DNA of 61,463 nt, filler included, from Pirum gemmata (taxonomy: Eukaryota): the NCBI GenBank assembly GCA_002812295.1. It is 7 parts of 7 records of this genome, joined end to end, with 100 filler letters (N's around TTAATTAATTAA, not from the genome) between each part and the next. Parts side by side here need not be neighbours in the genome. Positions count along the whole stretch, not along the records: positions 17,552 to 25,729 come from PDIN01000092.1; positions 25,830 to 34,618 come from PDIN01000093.1; positions 34,719 to 43,117 come from PDIN01000094.1; 4 more parts are not named here. One strand, 5' to 3'. The position numbers and the translations under genes are program-made. The notes beneath the pieces were generated by a model, which searched no databases, was not told the origin of the DNA, and saw only the letters and a program-made list of their open reading frames with translations. Below, one piece after another: positions 23,843 through 35,475 of this stretch (position 1 is the stretch's first letter; every line of letters begins with the position of its first letter).

Positions 23843-24706
23843 CTGTAGACGTTCACCCAAAAGTCTAAATGACGTAATGAAAGTTTTTATTAATAATAAT
23901 CCAAGAATCGCGTTTTTGTTACCGAATAATGATTCGTTAACTTACAATCAATTATAATACTAACAACGATTCTTACGTTTGGTAAAGACATCATACCTTT
24001 TCGTCGAGCTATAGTGGCGTTACCCAAAGGACCTTTACAAAACATAGTTTGTTTAGCTTGTTGTTACTTTAATAAAATCATAATTCCTGTTGATAACGAT
24101 GAAATAAATAATGCACAATTGCAATATATAATCAAAGATGCAGAAGTAGATGTTATTATCACTTTAAAAGCAAGTGCAATAACTTCTTTACTGTCCTACA
24201 AGAAACAAAAAATATGGAAAATAAAGTACAATAATACTAATGATTTATTCAAAATCGTTGATCCTAACAACAAAACTATCAATACTAATTTATTTATAAA
24301 ACCAATTACCTATATTCCCACCTTTATAATTAAGTACTCGATTAATGATGGTGGTGATATTGGTAAGTATGTTATTTCACAAGAAAACGTATTAGCATTT
24401 ATGAATAATCCACAATGGATGAGTTTAACCGATCGAGATGTATGGTTATGTAATACTTCTGTTTCTGATATCAACCATTTTAATACGTTTTGGCTCCCAG
24501 TTAGTAAAGGGGGAACCGTTACGTTTTCTGAAGATTTTTTAGACCAAGTTACTTGTGCGACTATTCCCGTCCATGATTTCATAGAAAAATCATTATATTC
24601 CAAAGACTTTTTATCACGTCTTAACGTATTACAAATTACTTATTCTAAACAAAAGGCTTTAACACATGGTATGCTTCTTCACAAATTTCAATACATTAAT
24701 TCCTAA
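23823..24706 (+). pseudogene. Degenerate, frameshifted AMP-binding (adenylation/acyl-CoA synthetase-like) domain
   Basis: MQKY...SLTYNQL (ATG 23823, A1-like motif), a frameshift near 23955, then IVALPKGP...IIPVD...LQYIIKDAEVDVIIT and VISQENV. The P-loop (normally YTSGSTGxPKG) reads YSINDGGDIGKY, and the C-terminal part is absent. Confidence 0.6.
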
Positions 24707-25078
24707 TCAAATACAATATTTATTAAATTTGTGGATATTTACAGGAACAGTGTTAGGGTATGAGATTCCTAAAAGTTTATTTACTTTCAATTCATCGTAA
24801 GTTATAGAAACTCCACTAGATATATGAGCCGAAAAATTTGTTGGGTCTAATAAAGTTACTTGACTTTTACCGAAAACGGTACCAATCGGGTCAAATTTTA
24901 TTAACAAGGTATTCCACGCGTACCAACTACCACCTAACGTTAGAAGAGGATTTTTTCCTAAATAATAATCTGTTTTTAAATAAATTGCATAATTAGTTGT
25001 ATTATTATTAATACCAACCAATGGTGCATCAGCAATTGCTTGCTTGTTATATATATTAAACCTCGCCTTGGGGTTTTT
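24707..25078 (-). CDS. Hypothetical ORF or exon, convergent with and abutting the AMP-binding-like ORF
   Basis: Stop-free, complex frame of ~123 codons (KNPKARFNIY...LTLGGSWYAWNTLL...) with no ATG seen in it. Its stop is adjacent to the opposite-strand stop at 24706. Confidence 0.4.
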   Translation of the reverse strand, partial: KNPKARFNIYNKQAIADAPLVGINNNTTNYAIYLKTDYYLGKNPLLTLGGSWYAWNTLLIKFDPIGTVFGKSQVTLLDPTNFSAHISSGVSITYDELKVNKLLGISYPNTVPVNIHKFNKYCI

Positions 25079-25217
25079 TATTGGTTTTTTATTTTTTTTA
25101 TAAATTTTAATTTTAATTTTTTTTTAATTTTTGTTCTTCTACAATATAATATTGAAAACTTTTTTTAACATTTTTTGAACATTTTCGAACTTATGTGGTA
25201 ATTATGAGGCTTTCAGA

Positions 25218-25670
25218 ATGTATAAATTTTCGAATCTAAAAAATGCAAAGTTGAATAATTACTAAATAAGTACAAAAACGTATTAATTATGTTCAAAAAT
25301 GTTCAAATTGTCCAAAATGTTCAAAAAATGTCCAAAAATGTTCAAATAATGTCCAAAAATGTTCAAAAAGATGTTCGATATTTTACTATATCGTACAACA
25401 AGCGAGTTCTGTTCAAAAAAATTTAAAGTTACAGATGTATAAATTTTCGAATCTAATTATTTCTCGAGTATTCGAGTTTTTGTTTTGAAAAATCCATAAC
25501 TAAAATAATTACTAAGTTCAAAAACGTACTAAATATGTTCAAAAATGTCCAAAAATGTTCAAAAATGTCCAAAAATGTCCAAAAATGTGCAACAGATGTT
25601 CGATATTTTACTATATCGTAAAACAAGCGTGCTCTGTTCAAACAAATTTAAAAGTTCCAAATTTTCGAAC
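25218..25670. repeat. Two ~220-bp tandem units with internal AAAATGTYCA 10-mers
   Basis: ATGTATAAATTTTCGAATCTAA at 25218 and 25436; AGATGTTCGATATTTTACTATATCGTA occurs twice. Confidence 0.85.
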
Positions 25671-25729
25671 AGGGAGCCTAAAACAAGATTTTAAAGTTAT
25701 TGTTATTGTTATTGTTATTGTTATTGTTA

Positions 25730-25829
25730 NNNNNNNNNNNNNNNNNNNNNNNNNNNNNNNNNNNNNNNNNNNNTTAATTAATTAANNNNNNNNNNNNNNN
25801 NNNNNNNNNNNNNNNNNNNNNNNNNNNNN
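25730..25829. other. Artificial contig linker
   Basis: N44-TTAATTAATTAA-N44. Confidence 0.98.
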
Positions 25830-25895
25830 AAAAAAAAGGGGTATAAAAAAAGAAGTAAAATTAATCAATTATCAACAAGTAATAATAATAATAAT

Positions 25896-25940
<45 letters not shown>

Positions 25941-26018
25941 TAAATCAATAATAATAAAATATAACCATTTCAATTTCTTTTAAAAGAAAATAGAATTAAT
26001 ACTATTCAAAAAATCAAA

Positions 26019-26426
26019 ATGATGAAGGGTTTTGTTATTGCTGCTATCACTCTCTTAGCTGCTGCTGGTAGTGTTCATACGGCTATTACTTGTCCATCAG
26101 GATATAGAGAAATTTGCCATTCACCAGAAAGAGGATGTAAGTTATTAATTAAAATATTATTATCGTCATTACAATAACTCTATGAAGTCGATAATATAAT
26201 ATAATAAATATAACTAATCAAATATTATTATTAATAATAATGAATCAAATATTAATAATAATAATGTATTCAATATTCTCTAACCCTAACCATATATATA
26301 TTTACATTAATTAATAACAATGTAGACCCGCCAATATGCGTATGTGAAAAAGAAGGCTCGGCCCTTTATGTTGCCTGTACAAATAACCCTGAAAATTGTT
26401 GTTGGACCGGAGAAGGTCCTTGCTAA
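26019..26426 (+). CDS. Small secreted cysteine-rich peptide, 72 aa, two exons
   Basis: Exons 26019-26136 and 26326-26426 (GTAAGT...TAG, phase 1) give MMKGFVIAAITLLAAAGSVHTAITCPSGYREICHSPERGYPPICVCEKEGSALYVACTNNPENCCWTGEGPC*: a signal peptide plus 8 Cys. Confidence 0.85.
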
Positions 26427-27209
26427 TTTGTATAAAATAAATAAAAAATAAAAATTTATTATAACAAATTATTATAGTTATTTTTATTTATTTAATTTTC
26501 CTTTTTCTTTTTCAAAAAAAGTGAAGTATATTATTATACCCCTCTTCCCCCCATCTCTCTTTCCTTGTCTGTTTCAATACTTTTTGGACTAAAACCAATC
26601 GTGACGGGGTCAGAGTCATATGGCCTATCTCTCTCCCCTCGAGGGAAAATGAACCAAATAACAGAAAAATGGTATAACACTTCAAAAGTATATTTAATTC
26701 TGCCATAACAAATATTATTTATTGAAAATAAAAATGAAAAATATATAACCGAATTACCTTATCAAGGCCCACAGCTACATATACTTATTAATATCAATCT
26801 TCAAAAGTAAAAGGAAAAAGACTAAAATTTATTTTACTTTCTTCTCGAACTTCGAGCTCTGTCTTTATTTTATTTTTATAATATTATGATATATTAATAT
26901 AATCAACAACTCTACTAGCTAGTTGCCATAAAATAGTGCCATTGACTTTCATTAATATTAAAATTTTTATATTTGAAATTGAAAATTATTGCCTCAACTA
27001 CGTGTGGATCGAACTCGTTTAACCCTCCTTTACTATCTTTAATTAGTGGGGTGTTGTCATAATTATTATGAACCGATGTACTCAGTTCATCGACTGCGAT
27101 TTCGCCTTTTATAATATTATTGCGCTTTTCAATTATTTTATCACTATTAGTTATTATATAGTCAACAACTCTACTAGCTAGTTGCCATAAAATAGTGTGC
27201 CATATAATA

Positions 27210-27600
27210 TGAAGCACTGGGCGGCGGCCCGGGCCGATACTTCGGCCCGGTTACCCATATTTTTGTCGCGGAGGCGATTTCTCGCCAACCATAAACGCTA
27301 CGGAGCTAAAAATATTATGTCGAGAAGAAAGGTATTTATCTCTACTTTCAGATACCAGCGTGTATGAGAGCAAAAAGAAGCAAGGGATATCGGTTTTTTT
27401 AACCTAAATTAAGAAAAAAATATGCTAAATTAGGAAATTTTCCAAAAAAAAAAAAAAAAAAACTCGAATGCTCGAATTTCTTAATTTTACATATGTTCGA
27501 TAAAAAAAGTGGGCTCGACGTTCTCAAAAAAAAATAATTAATGTTTTGGGGTTTTTTTTGCGCAAAATGTGTCCGGCCCAGGCCGTCGCCCAGTGCTTCA
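27210..27600. mobile_element. 391-bp element with GC-rich 27-bp TIRs (MITE)
   Basis: TGAAGCACTGGGCGGCGGCCCGGGCCG versus CGGCCCAGGCCGTCGCCCAGTGCTTCA; TSD not clear. Confidence 0.85.
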
Positions 27601-29009
27601 AATAGATAATAAAATATACCAAATTGAATTAAACAACTGAAAAGCACTATCAACAAAATGCAAAGATTCTACAGAATTGTAAATAGATAAAAATCAGCAA
27701 AAAATGTCTTCGTTTAATTACTATTTTTAATAGCGGGTATTACCTGGCTTATCTCCATTGTTGAAAGATGATTATTAAGACAACTAAGTACAACTATATA
27801 GTAAATGACTTAATATTTGATGGTTATTAAGACAACTAAATACCACTTTATAGTACATGACTTTTAATATTTATACTTGTATTAATAGCAATTGCAACAC
27901 CAATGAAGATATGAGCGTTTTTGAAGAAAGTCTAGGAACCCAGGCTATCACTCCCTTGGGTTCAATCACTCTGTCGAGTTGGTAAAAAATATAACAATGT
28001 TGTTAATCTTATGTAATACTGGAAACTTCAGGTAAAGTTAAAGTACTAATCATCATGATCTTTTCGTACACAAAGAATGTTCGTTACAAATATTATAATA
28101 TCTCAATTCTGTAAAGAAAAAAACAAAACTTTATAATATGAAAAAAATAAAAAATGAGTATTTTACTTTTAAATTTTCTCAACTTTTTTATTAAAATGTA
28201 AGTAACAATCAGTTGGTAGCAATAACGATAACTGTAATAACGTTGCTCTACAACCAGTATTATATCAACATTTAATATTAGATATATACCAATAATGGCC
28301 ATGCTTCCACAAACACTTGGGAATATATAATACTCAGGAGTCAGTACAGCAAATTTTCAAACTTTCGAATGATGCTCGAAATTTTCACCAAAAGCTATAT
28401 AGAAATAAAACACTCCTAAAACCTAGATACTAAAATCATTGTTGGTCTCATGTTTCTAATAAGTAGACTATCAGAACTCTATCGAATATCTTTAGAAACT
28501 ATCAAAAAAGATAATTCATTTATTTTGTCAGTATATTTATTTTGTTGGTTATATAATATTTAAATTGATATTTTTAAATTAATAATTAGATTATAAAATA
28601 TTCCAAATTAAATAAAATGGATTTATATTGTATTCTTTATTGTAAATTTTATGATGAAAAACAACTGAGGTGATATATAGACTATAGTATAGACTATACA
28701 ATTATGCATACACGTGATAGTCACGTGACCCTCACATCTGAAGTTCTGAACATCTTCAACTTGATACCAACAGAAAGAGAAACTGGGCCTTCTTCAATAT
28801 ATCGATATCATTATATACAAGTTCTATAATAATATAAATAATATTATATAATATTAATATATAAATTATATATAACAACAAAATTACAAAAAACAATCTC
28901 CAAGGCTTGGGTTTATATAATCAACAACTACAAGAATATCCTTGTAATTAACGTTATATGTAATCAATTAACATATATACTTTCTAATACCAATAAAAAA
29001 ACATTAATT

Positions 29010-29134
29010 TAAGCTTAGATTAAAAAAATTTCAAATTCAAAGTTAACTTTTAAAGCATCAGGGGGCATTATTATTGCTCTCTGATGCTTTTTAAAAGTTA
29101 ACTTTGAATTTGAAAACTTTTTAATCTAAGCTTA
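29010..29134. repeat. Long fold-back inverted repeat (~58-bp arms, 7-nt loop)
   Basis: TAAGCTTAGATTAAAAA...AAAGTTAACTTTTAAAGCATCAGGGGGCA-TTATTAT-TGCTCTCTGATGC...AAAAGTTAACTTT...AATCTAAGCTTA. Confidence 0.9.
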
Positions 29135-29224
29135 TAATTATATATTATACCTTTTTGGTAAAATGTTTCAGAAGTTTTGTAAATTGGTTATGCTAATACC
29201 AATGCTTATAATATATACTTACGC

Positions 29225-29930
29225 CCTTGATTATGCTTATGTTTCTTGTATAACTATGTCTATAATATAATTATAATTATTATATGTTTATGCTTATGTT
29301 TATGGTTATACTTATAATTGTGATTATGATTATTATTACTATTATGATTTTGATTAAACTTATTATTAATATGATTATGATTATAATTATGCTCCTAATT
29401 ATGTTTACAATTATGATTATAATTAAAATTACTATATTTATGATTGTGCTTATGGTTATGGTTATGATGGTTATAGTTATTTATAGTTATAGTTGTGATT
29501 CTGATTACAATTATTATTGTGGCTATGGACTGCTATGGTTATTGTCATGGTTATAGCTGTAATTATGGTTCTAGTTGCGGTTGTGATTACGATTATGATT
29601 ATAATTATGATCATGGTTATGATCATGATTATTGTTATGGCTATGGTAGATACAATTCTTATTTTGGTTATTACTATGGTTGACATTATTGTCATGGTTA
29701 TGGTTATGGTTATGGTTATGGTTATGGTTATGGTTATGGTTATGGTTATGGTTATGGTTATGGTTATGATTATAAATTATGGTTATAATTATATGGTTTT
29801 AAGGTGTTATAATGGTTATTGTAACTATTATGGTTATGGTTATGATTATGGTTATGGTTATGGTTATGATTTTTTTTGTGATTATGATTATGATGGAATG
29901 AATTTTTATAATTATGATCATGATTAAAAT
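29225..29930. repeat. Degenerate (ATGGTT)n/(ATT)n low-complexity array
   Basis: Perfect (ATGGTT)n core at ~29694-29768. Confidence 0.9.
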
Positions 29931-30977
29931 ATTTTAAAAAATTATTACAATTATTCCTATTTATCAAGAAAGTTGACGCTCACCTGGTCACTCCTGGAGT
30001 CCTGGTCACTCGTTTGGATAATATATAAATATAATACGTATGCTTGTTCAATTGCAATTTGCTACGGATCAAGATTAGAACCAAATATGGAACAGTAAGG
30101 CCAACCATTGTTTTTTTCTAAATCATTGTACAAAGAAAAAAATAATTTGATTGGTGTAAAGGCAAATCAAAAAAACTCTCAAAATCATGCCTTATTTAGT
30201 CATTATTTCAAAGTATTTCAAACTTCAAATAGTCTTCAAATACTACGTAATGCCAGCTTCAAATACCTCTCCCTACCCACCTCTCGACGTTAATTTCCGG
30301 TCAAATACCACCTACCTACCTACCCCTTGACGTGACGTATTATTTGAAAACAGCCTTTGAAAAAAAGGTAAAATATTTTTTTTTACCTCATGCATCCGAA
30401 AAACAAAAAAAATTGCTTTTCATTTATTTTGTCACTCAGAATATTTATTTGGTTGGTTATAATATTTAAATTGACATTCTTAAGTGAATANATAATAAAA
30501 TATACCAAATTAAATGAAATGGATTTATATTGTATTAATTTGGTTCTCTTTATTGTATATTTTATGAAAAGTACAATATAAGTTCGAACTTTAAAAACGA
30601 ATAACAATATCATGGTTAGAATAGTGTTAGAATATGGGAAACCAAAAAAAAAACAAAAAGCCTATCCAGTTTGCTTGTAGACTGGCCTTTGGAGACTCTA
30701 GCTAGGAGCTAGCCTACTAGTAGGTAGCTGTCTTTTTAGTGTCGCAGCTGTGTTGCCCTAAACTTGGTTTATTTTTATTATCATAATTATATTATAATTA
30801 TTATTATTATTATTATTATTAGTATTATTCATTATTATTAATATATTATAATAATAATATATTATCAGTGTTAGTACTAGTATTAGTATTATTAGTAGTG
30901 GCAGTGGTAGTAGAAGTAGTAGCTATACTAGTAAAAGTAGTAATAGTATAGTAGTAGTAGTAGTAGTATTTTAATTA

Positions 30978-31051
<74 letters not shown>

Positions 31052-31913
31052 TGCCCAAACCTGATTTGAAAATTCAACATGGTTTATGGTCATTGGTTTT
31101 CGGTTAATTGATGAGGTTGAGGTTGATGTTGAGGTTGAGGTAGTAAAACATAGTGGTACCCCTCCACCGGTGTTGGTGGTGTACATAGTAGTGTAGACAG
31201 CTGTCTAGACGTAGCAGTAATAGTAGTTGTAGCAATATTAGTAATAGCAGGATACGTATAAGTAGCACTAGTATTAATAGTATAGTAGTAGTAGAAACAG
31301 TAATAGTTGTAGTAATATTAATAGTATACATTATATATACGTAAGCGTAGTAGTGCTAGTAGTAGCTGTAGTAGTAGTAGTAGTAGCTATAGTAGTAGTA
31401 GTAGTAGCAGTAGTAATAGTAGTAGTGAGAATATCGGGTAACAGCATATTATTATACCAGTACCCTATTATATATCATTAATAGTTAATTTTAATTAATT
31501 ATAAAAATTCAAATTTTAATTAAAAAAAAGAAACTAAAACCAAAAACCAAAAAAAAATAAAAAAACAAAACTAAAAAACAAAAAACCTCAAACCCAGCAA
31601 AACCCGAGTACAAAACCCAACCCCAAAATTAAAAAAAAAATCATCAAAATAAAAAATTACATTCATATATCATATTAATGTATATATATTATGTAGCCAA
31701 ACACAAAACCAAATTTAACTAAAAAGCTTTTTTTCTTTAGTTTTTTTTTTTACATTTTTTATTTTTTTCTAACAGTCCAATTCTAACATTTCAAAACCAG
31801 AAATAATTCATATTAAAACAATTAATAATAATAACAAAAATTCAATTCAAAAAACAATTAAGTAATTAACAAAAGCAATTTTGATAATAATAATAATTAA
31901 TAATAATAAAATA

Positions 31914-33215
31914 ATGATGATTTTTGGAAACTTGTTAGCATTATTAATATTAGTAGCAGCAGCAATGACTGTGGACGCTTCTGTTAACTATTTAGAAACA
32001 ACAATGGAAAGAAATTGTTATTGGAGTGGAGGAGAAACTTTTGAAGTTCACGAGGATACCAATTTAGACTTTTGTCTCCAACTTTGTAGCCAAAGCAAGA
32101 ATTGCGAGAAAGCAAATTGGGTTCAAAATGACCAAAGCTGTTATTTGATTAAGGAATATGATCAACCCCGTAAGACTTACTTTGAAAAAAGAAGAATGCA
32201 CGCTAATTTTGGGAAAGTACGAAGCGAGCAAGGAGTTCAGTATTGTTCTAGTCCAGTAAATAAAAAAATTAGTAAAAACATTTTTTTTATTTGTGAAGAT
32301 ACCCAGTCTCTTATGCAAGAAGCTAAAGATAACATTCAAAGAATGGCCGAAAACAACCCAGAATGGAAAGTGCGCATATTTTCAGCGCAAAATCGAATTG
32401 ATTATTTACGAGCTAATTATCCTAATTTACTAACTTATTATTTAATGATTGATGCACAATATGGAGCATCTCGAGCGGATTTTTTTCGTTACGTGTTATT
32501 ATATAAAGAAGGTGGAGTGTATTTGGATTTGAAAAGCTCGTGCGATCGAAAACTTAAGTACGTCATTGGCACTGATGATGAATATTTTATCGCTTATCGT
32601 CCTCTACCGGGCAAAGAATTCCACGTCAACACTGGGAGAGGGGAAATGACACAATGGTTTTTAATTAGTAAAGCGGGTCATGGTTATTTGAGACATATTA
32701 TTGATACCATCGTTCGTAGAATAGCAGCAGAAAGAAATGGTGATATTGAACATATGCAGTTTCAGTGGGGTGATCGTTTTGCTTTTGAAAACAATTATGG
32801 GTTTTACGGAGTTTTTGAGCTAACCGGGCCTATTATGTACTCTAATGCTATCTCACAAGTTAAACAAGATTACAAACATACTGAAGTAGCTAATTATCGA
32901 GATATTGGTTTTATATTTAGTGTGTTTCCAGTTATGACAGGACACCACAAGGCTATAGGCGCAAAAAGAAAACACTACTCAGAATTAACAACTCCAGTAA
33001 TTAACATTGGTGGGATTAAGGTTGATCGGTTTCAAGAAGGACAAGATTTGAGTTGGGATATGGTTCGCGTGGAAGGGTCTGTAAAATATAGACAGCCTTT
33101 GTATTATGTTTTAGACGAAAGTCCTTATATATCTATGGTGTATAAGAATTTTGCTCAAGCTCGCTACATGGCTAAATCTTTACTGTGTACCTTGACGAAT
33201 ATTTGTAAATTTTAA
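31914..33215 (+). CDS. Secretory-pathway PAN/Apple domain plus GT32-family (DXD sugar-binding type) glycosyltransferase, intronless
   Basis: Signal-like MMIFGNLLALLILVAAAMTVDA; PAN-like CLQLCSQSKNC...SCYL; GT32 core SRADFFRYVLLYKEGGVYLDLK and ELTGP. Confidence 0.85.
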   Translation: MMIFGNLLALLILVAAAMTVDASVNYLETTMERNCYWSGGETFEVHEDTNLDFCLQLCSQSKNCEKANWVQNDQSCYLIKEYDQPRKTYFEKRRMHANFGKVRSEQGVQYCSSPVNKKISKNIFFICEDTQSLMQEAKDNIQRMAENNPEWKVRIFSAQNRIDYLRANYPNLLTYYLMIDAQYGASRADFFRYVLLYKEGGVYLDLKSSCDRKLKYVIGTDDEYFIAYRPLPGKEFHVNTGRGEMTQWFLISKAGHGYLRHIIDTIVRRIAAERNGDIEHMQFQWGDRFAFENNYGFYGVFELTGPIMYSNAISQVKQDYKHTEVANYRDIGFIFSVFPVMTGHHKAIGAKRKHYSELTTPVINIGGIKVDRFQEGQDLSWDMVRVEGSVKYRQPLYYVLDESPYISMVYKNFAQARYMAKSLLCTLTNICKF

Positions 33216-33557
33216 TTGCAAAATATATTTTTTATTTATCATATTTGTTTATTTAAAATGTGATAATATAATAATAATTATGTATTAATAACCTAAATTT
33301 AAAAAATTGATTGGGTTTATTATTTAAAATGTGATAATATAATAATAATTATGTATTAATAACCAAAATTTAAAAAATTGATTGGGTTTTTCTTGTATCG
33401 CTAATTATAAATCGTGTATTTTGCTTTTTTGTGCCTCTTCAATTTCAATTTGGCATTTTTAATTAAAAGTTTACAACACTAATATTAATTGGAGTTTTTT
33501 ACACCTCAACAATGTCATGTTTATCGATATTACCATTAATATAATATATAATAAAAT

Positions 33558-33590
<33 letters not shown>

Positions 33591-34618
33591 CTTATATTAT
33601 TATAGCATAATATGGATATATCATATATTTATGTATATTATATAATATGTATATTATCATATAAAATATTATATAATATGAGGTACATTTTAAGAGTACA
33701 TTAAGTATGAAGTATGATATTATTACAGTGAGAATTAACCCAAACTAAAACTACTACTAACTAGGTAGTTATAATAATATTTTTTTCCGTTTTCCCAGTC
33801 TTTGTGCGACTCTTTGTAAACTGCTAGGAAAATAATCCAATTTTTCTAATAGACTGTAGCTAGCTAGCTATCGATACTAAAGTTACCTGCTCCAAATTGA
33901 CGCACTTTGAATTTGATTTCGGAATGAACATCTCTGAGTGTATCGTATTAAAAATAATACATTACATCTATAGACTATGATATCAGTAAGTACAATTATA
34001 GAATTTGTATTTTTAAAAATTAAAAATAGAGCTATACATAATTACATATCATATTAAATATCATATTTTATAAATTTTTAAAAATATTATCATAATCAGG
34101 TAGTCTATATGTGAGGTGGAACAACTCCACTCTGATATCATATTAAACCAATGCAATGCCGTATTTGCAGTAAGTGGTACTCTTGCAGTAATCTAGTCTA
34201 TGATAGCTGGTCTACTCTAGAGAGCTACTAGCTAGCTAGATCTTCTTCGTCTTCTTCTCTTATTGCTTAGTACAATAGAGTGATAGTCTACTGCAAATAC
34301 ACTCCGAACATTACCGGTATACCAATACCACTATCTGATACCTTATAGATATAAATAAAGGAGGGATATAGTCGATGTCCCGCGGTTTAACATACCGATT
34401 AACCAACTCGGATGTCGCGGTTCGAGTGTATTATGTATAAGGAGTGTATAATAAGGAGCTCAATATTCATGAATCATATGGTTTATAGCTTAGAGTGAAT
34501 CATAGAAAGCGAGGACCCGTCCCAGGATGGGTAGGAGGAAGGTGGACCGGGTAGTGAGAACCTCCTATTGAGTAAACTTGAAAATAAATAAATAAATAAA
34601 ATTTAATAAATAAATAAA

Positions 34619-34718
34619 NNNNNNNNNNNNNNNNNNNNNNNNNNNNNNNNNNNNNNNNNNNNTTAATTAATTAANNNNNNNNNNNNNNNNNNNNNNNNNN
34701 NNNNNNNNNNNNNNNNNN
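34619..34718. other. Artificial contig linker
   Basis: N44-TTAATTAATTAA-N44. Confidence 0.98.
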
Positions 34719-34750
<32 letters not shown>

Positions 34751-34834
34751 AAAAAAAAAGTAAAAACGAAAAAAATATTAAAATTCGTCAATTGATTCGA
34801 TTCGGTATTTTATTCGGGAAAAGTGTAAAAATAA

Positions 34835-34865
<31 letters not shown>

Positions 34866-35375
34866 AATATGATAAGAAAATTAATAGTCTAGCTAGAATG
34901 AAAAATCCAGAATAATTATTATGAATTATTTTGTTCTATAGCTAGCTAGTAGGACTTCTGTAGGGGGTCTAAATGATTTTTTGTGCTTTGTAAGTCTAGC
35001 TAGACTATGATAATATTAATTTTAAAAACTATCAATAGTAGTATGATATCATAATTAGTCTATCATAGTAGTAGACTGACTCTATCATAACTATCTGATA
35101 CTATCTGATATCATAGCTAGCTAGCTAGGGGGCCTAAGCTAGCTATGATCTAGCTATCTAGCTATGATATATGGTGACTAGCTAGCTAGCTAGTAGGGTC
35201 TACTCACTCTACTCTCCATTTAGTCTCCAACCTCTCCAACTAGCTAGCTAGACCTATCGATAAAAAAAAAAAAATGCAGCACTGACTCAGAGGAATTATT
35301 TGACCAACCAAAAACTCTTAAAAGAGCGCACAAGGGTAACTTTCCAAAAATAGAAAATAAAGTTGGAAAATTAGG

Positions 35376-35413
<38 letters not shown>

Positions 35414-35418
35414 NNNNN

Positions 35419-35475
<57 letters not shown>

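Noticed and set aside
23940..23965. Stop-codon reassignment to explain the broken AMP-binding ORF
   Set aside because: The two halves are in different frames, and other genes here terminate normally at TAA.
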